Under the pieces are notes generated by a model. It saw only the letters and a program-made list of their open reading frames with translations, was not told the origin of the DNA and ran no database searches. The translations under genes were made by a program, and so were the position numbers. A stretch of DNA of 57,018 nucleotides. Origin: Acidobacteriota bacterium (GTDB lineage Bacteria; Acidobacteriota; UBA6911; JACQSX01). Below are positions 56,716-57,018 of the stretch, one piece after another; positions within the stretch are counted from its first letter, which is position 1; every line of letters begins with the position of its first letter. The DNA is taken from assembly GCA_036507075.1 (NCBI GenBank), contig DASXQR010000179.1, positions 1-57,018 of the forward strand, in the 5' to 3' direction.

Positions 56716-57018
56716 CGCATCTCCGCCATGCCGAATCCTCATCCGAACCGCGCGCGTAAGCCCGGATTATTCATAAACTGAAAGAATTGGCCGCTGATCT
56801 ACTCGGAAAACACGTATTAGTATCGGGGTCGAGGGATGGGCTCCATCACTGCAGTGTGTCAGTTTCGCCGAGCGTCGACGCCCATCCCTCGACCCCGATA
56901 CCATCAGCGTTGTCCGCGTAAATCGGCGGCTAGTTCCTGCAGTTTGTGAATAATCCGGGCTTACGCGCGCGGTTCGGATGAGGATTCGGCATGGCGGAGA
57001 TGCGCTACAGAATATATT
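56702..57018. repeat. Terminal fold-back: last 72 nt are the exact reverse complement of 56702-56773
   Basis: The mirrored segment includes the last codons and stop of hslU. Confidence 0.9.
56761..56959. mobile_element. 199-bp palindromic MITE, copy 2, adjacent to a half REP (CCGAACCGCGCGCGTAAG)
   Basis: Reverse-oriented relative of 15330-15528; termini CCCGGATTATTCA / TGAATAATCCGGG. Confidence 0.85.

Overview
GC-rich bacterial chromosomal segment. The gene content suggests Acidobacteriota, which is an inference. It carries about 44 mostly housekeeping or envelope genes: purC, smc, yitJ-like metH/metF fusion, nrdR, hsp20-lon, thiL, rnc, an NtrC-type regulator, rqcH, dppBC, nadB, thrC, truA, hslVU, two ECF sigma/anti-sigma modules, and an S55 peptidase paired with a beta-propeller protein. 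No rRNA, tRNA, CRISPR array or intact transposase was recognised. The most unusual signal is non-coding. Most sizeable intergenic gaps hold a long inverted repeat whose arms are tandem arrays of short 6-10 nt units. At least eight different unit families occur, several loci are nested in layers, nearly all put the G/A-rich arm 5', and they are mixed with REP-like hairpins and two copies of a 199-bp palindromic MITE. Several proteins look like degenerate enzymes (HisKA protein, alpha/beta hydrolase, PIN toxin, OmpA-like domain). A very acidic 137-aa protein is translationally coupled to the NtrC-type regulator. The window ends in a perfect 72-bp fold-back that may be an assembly artefact.
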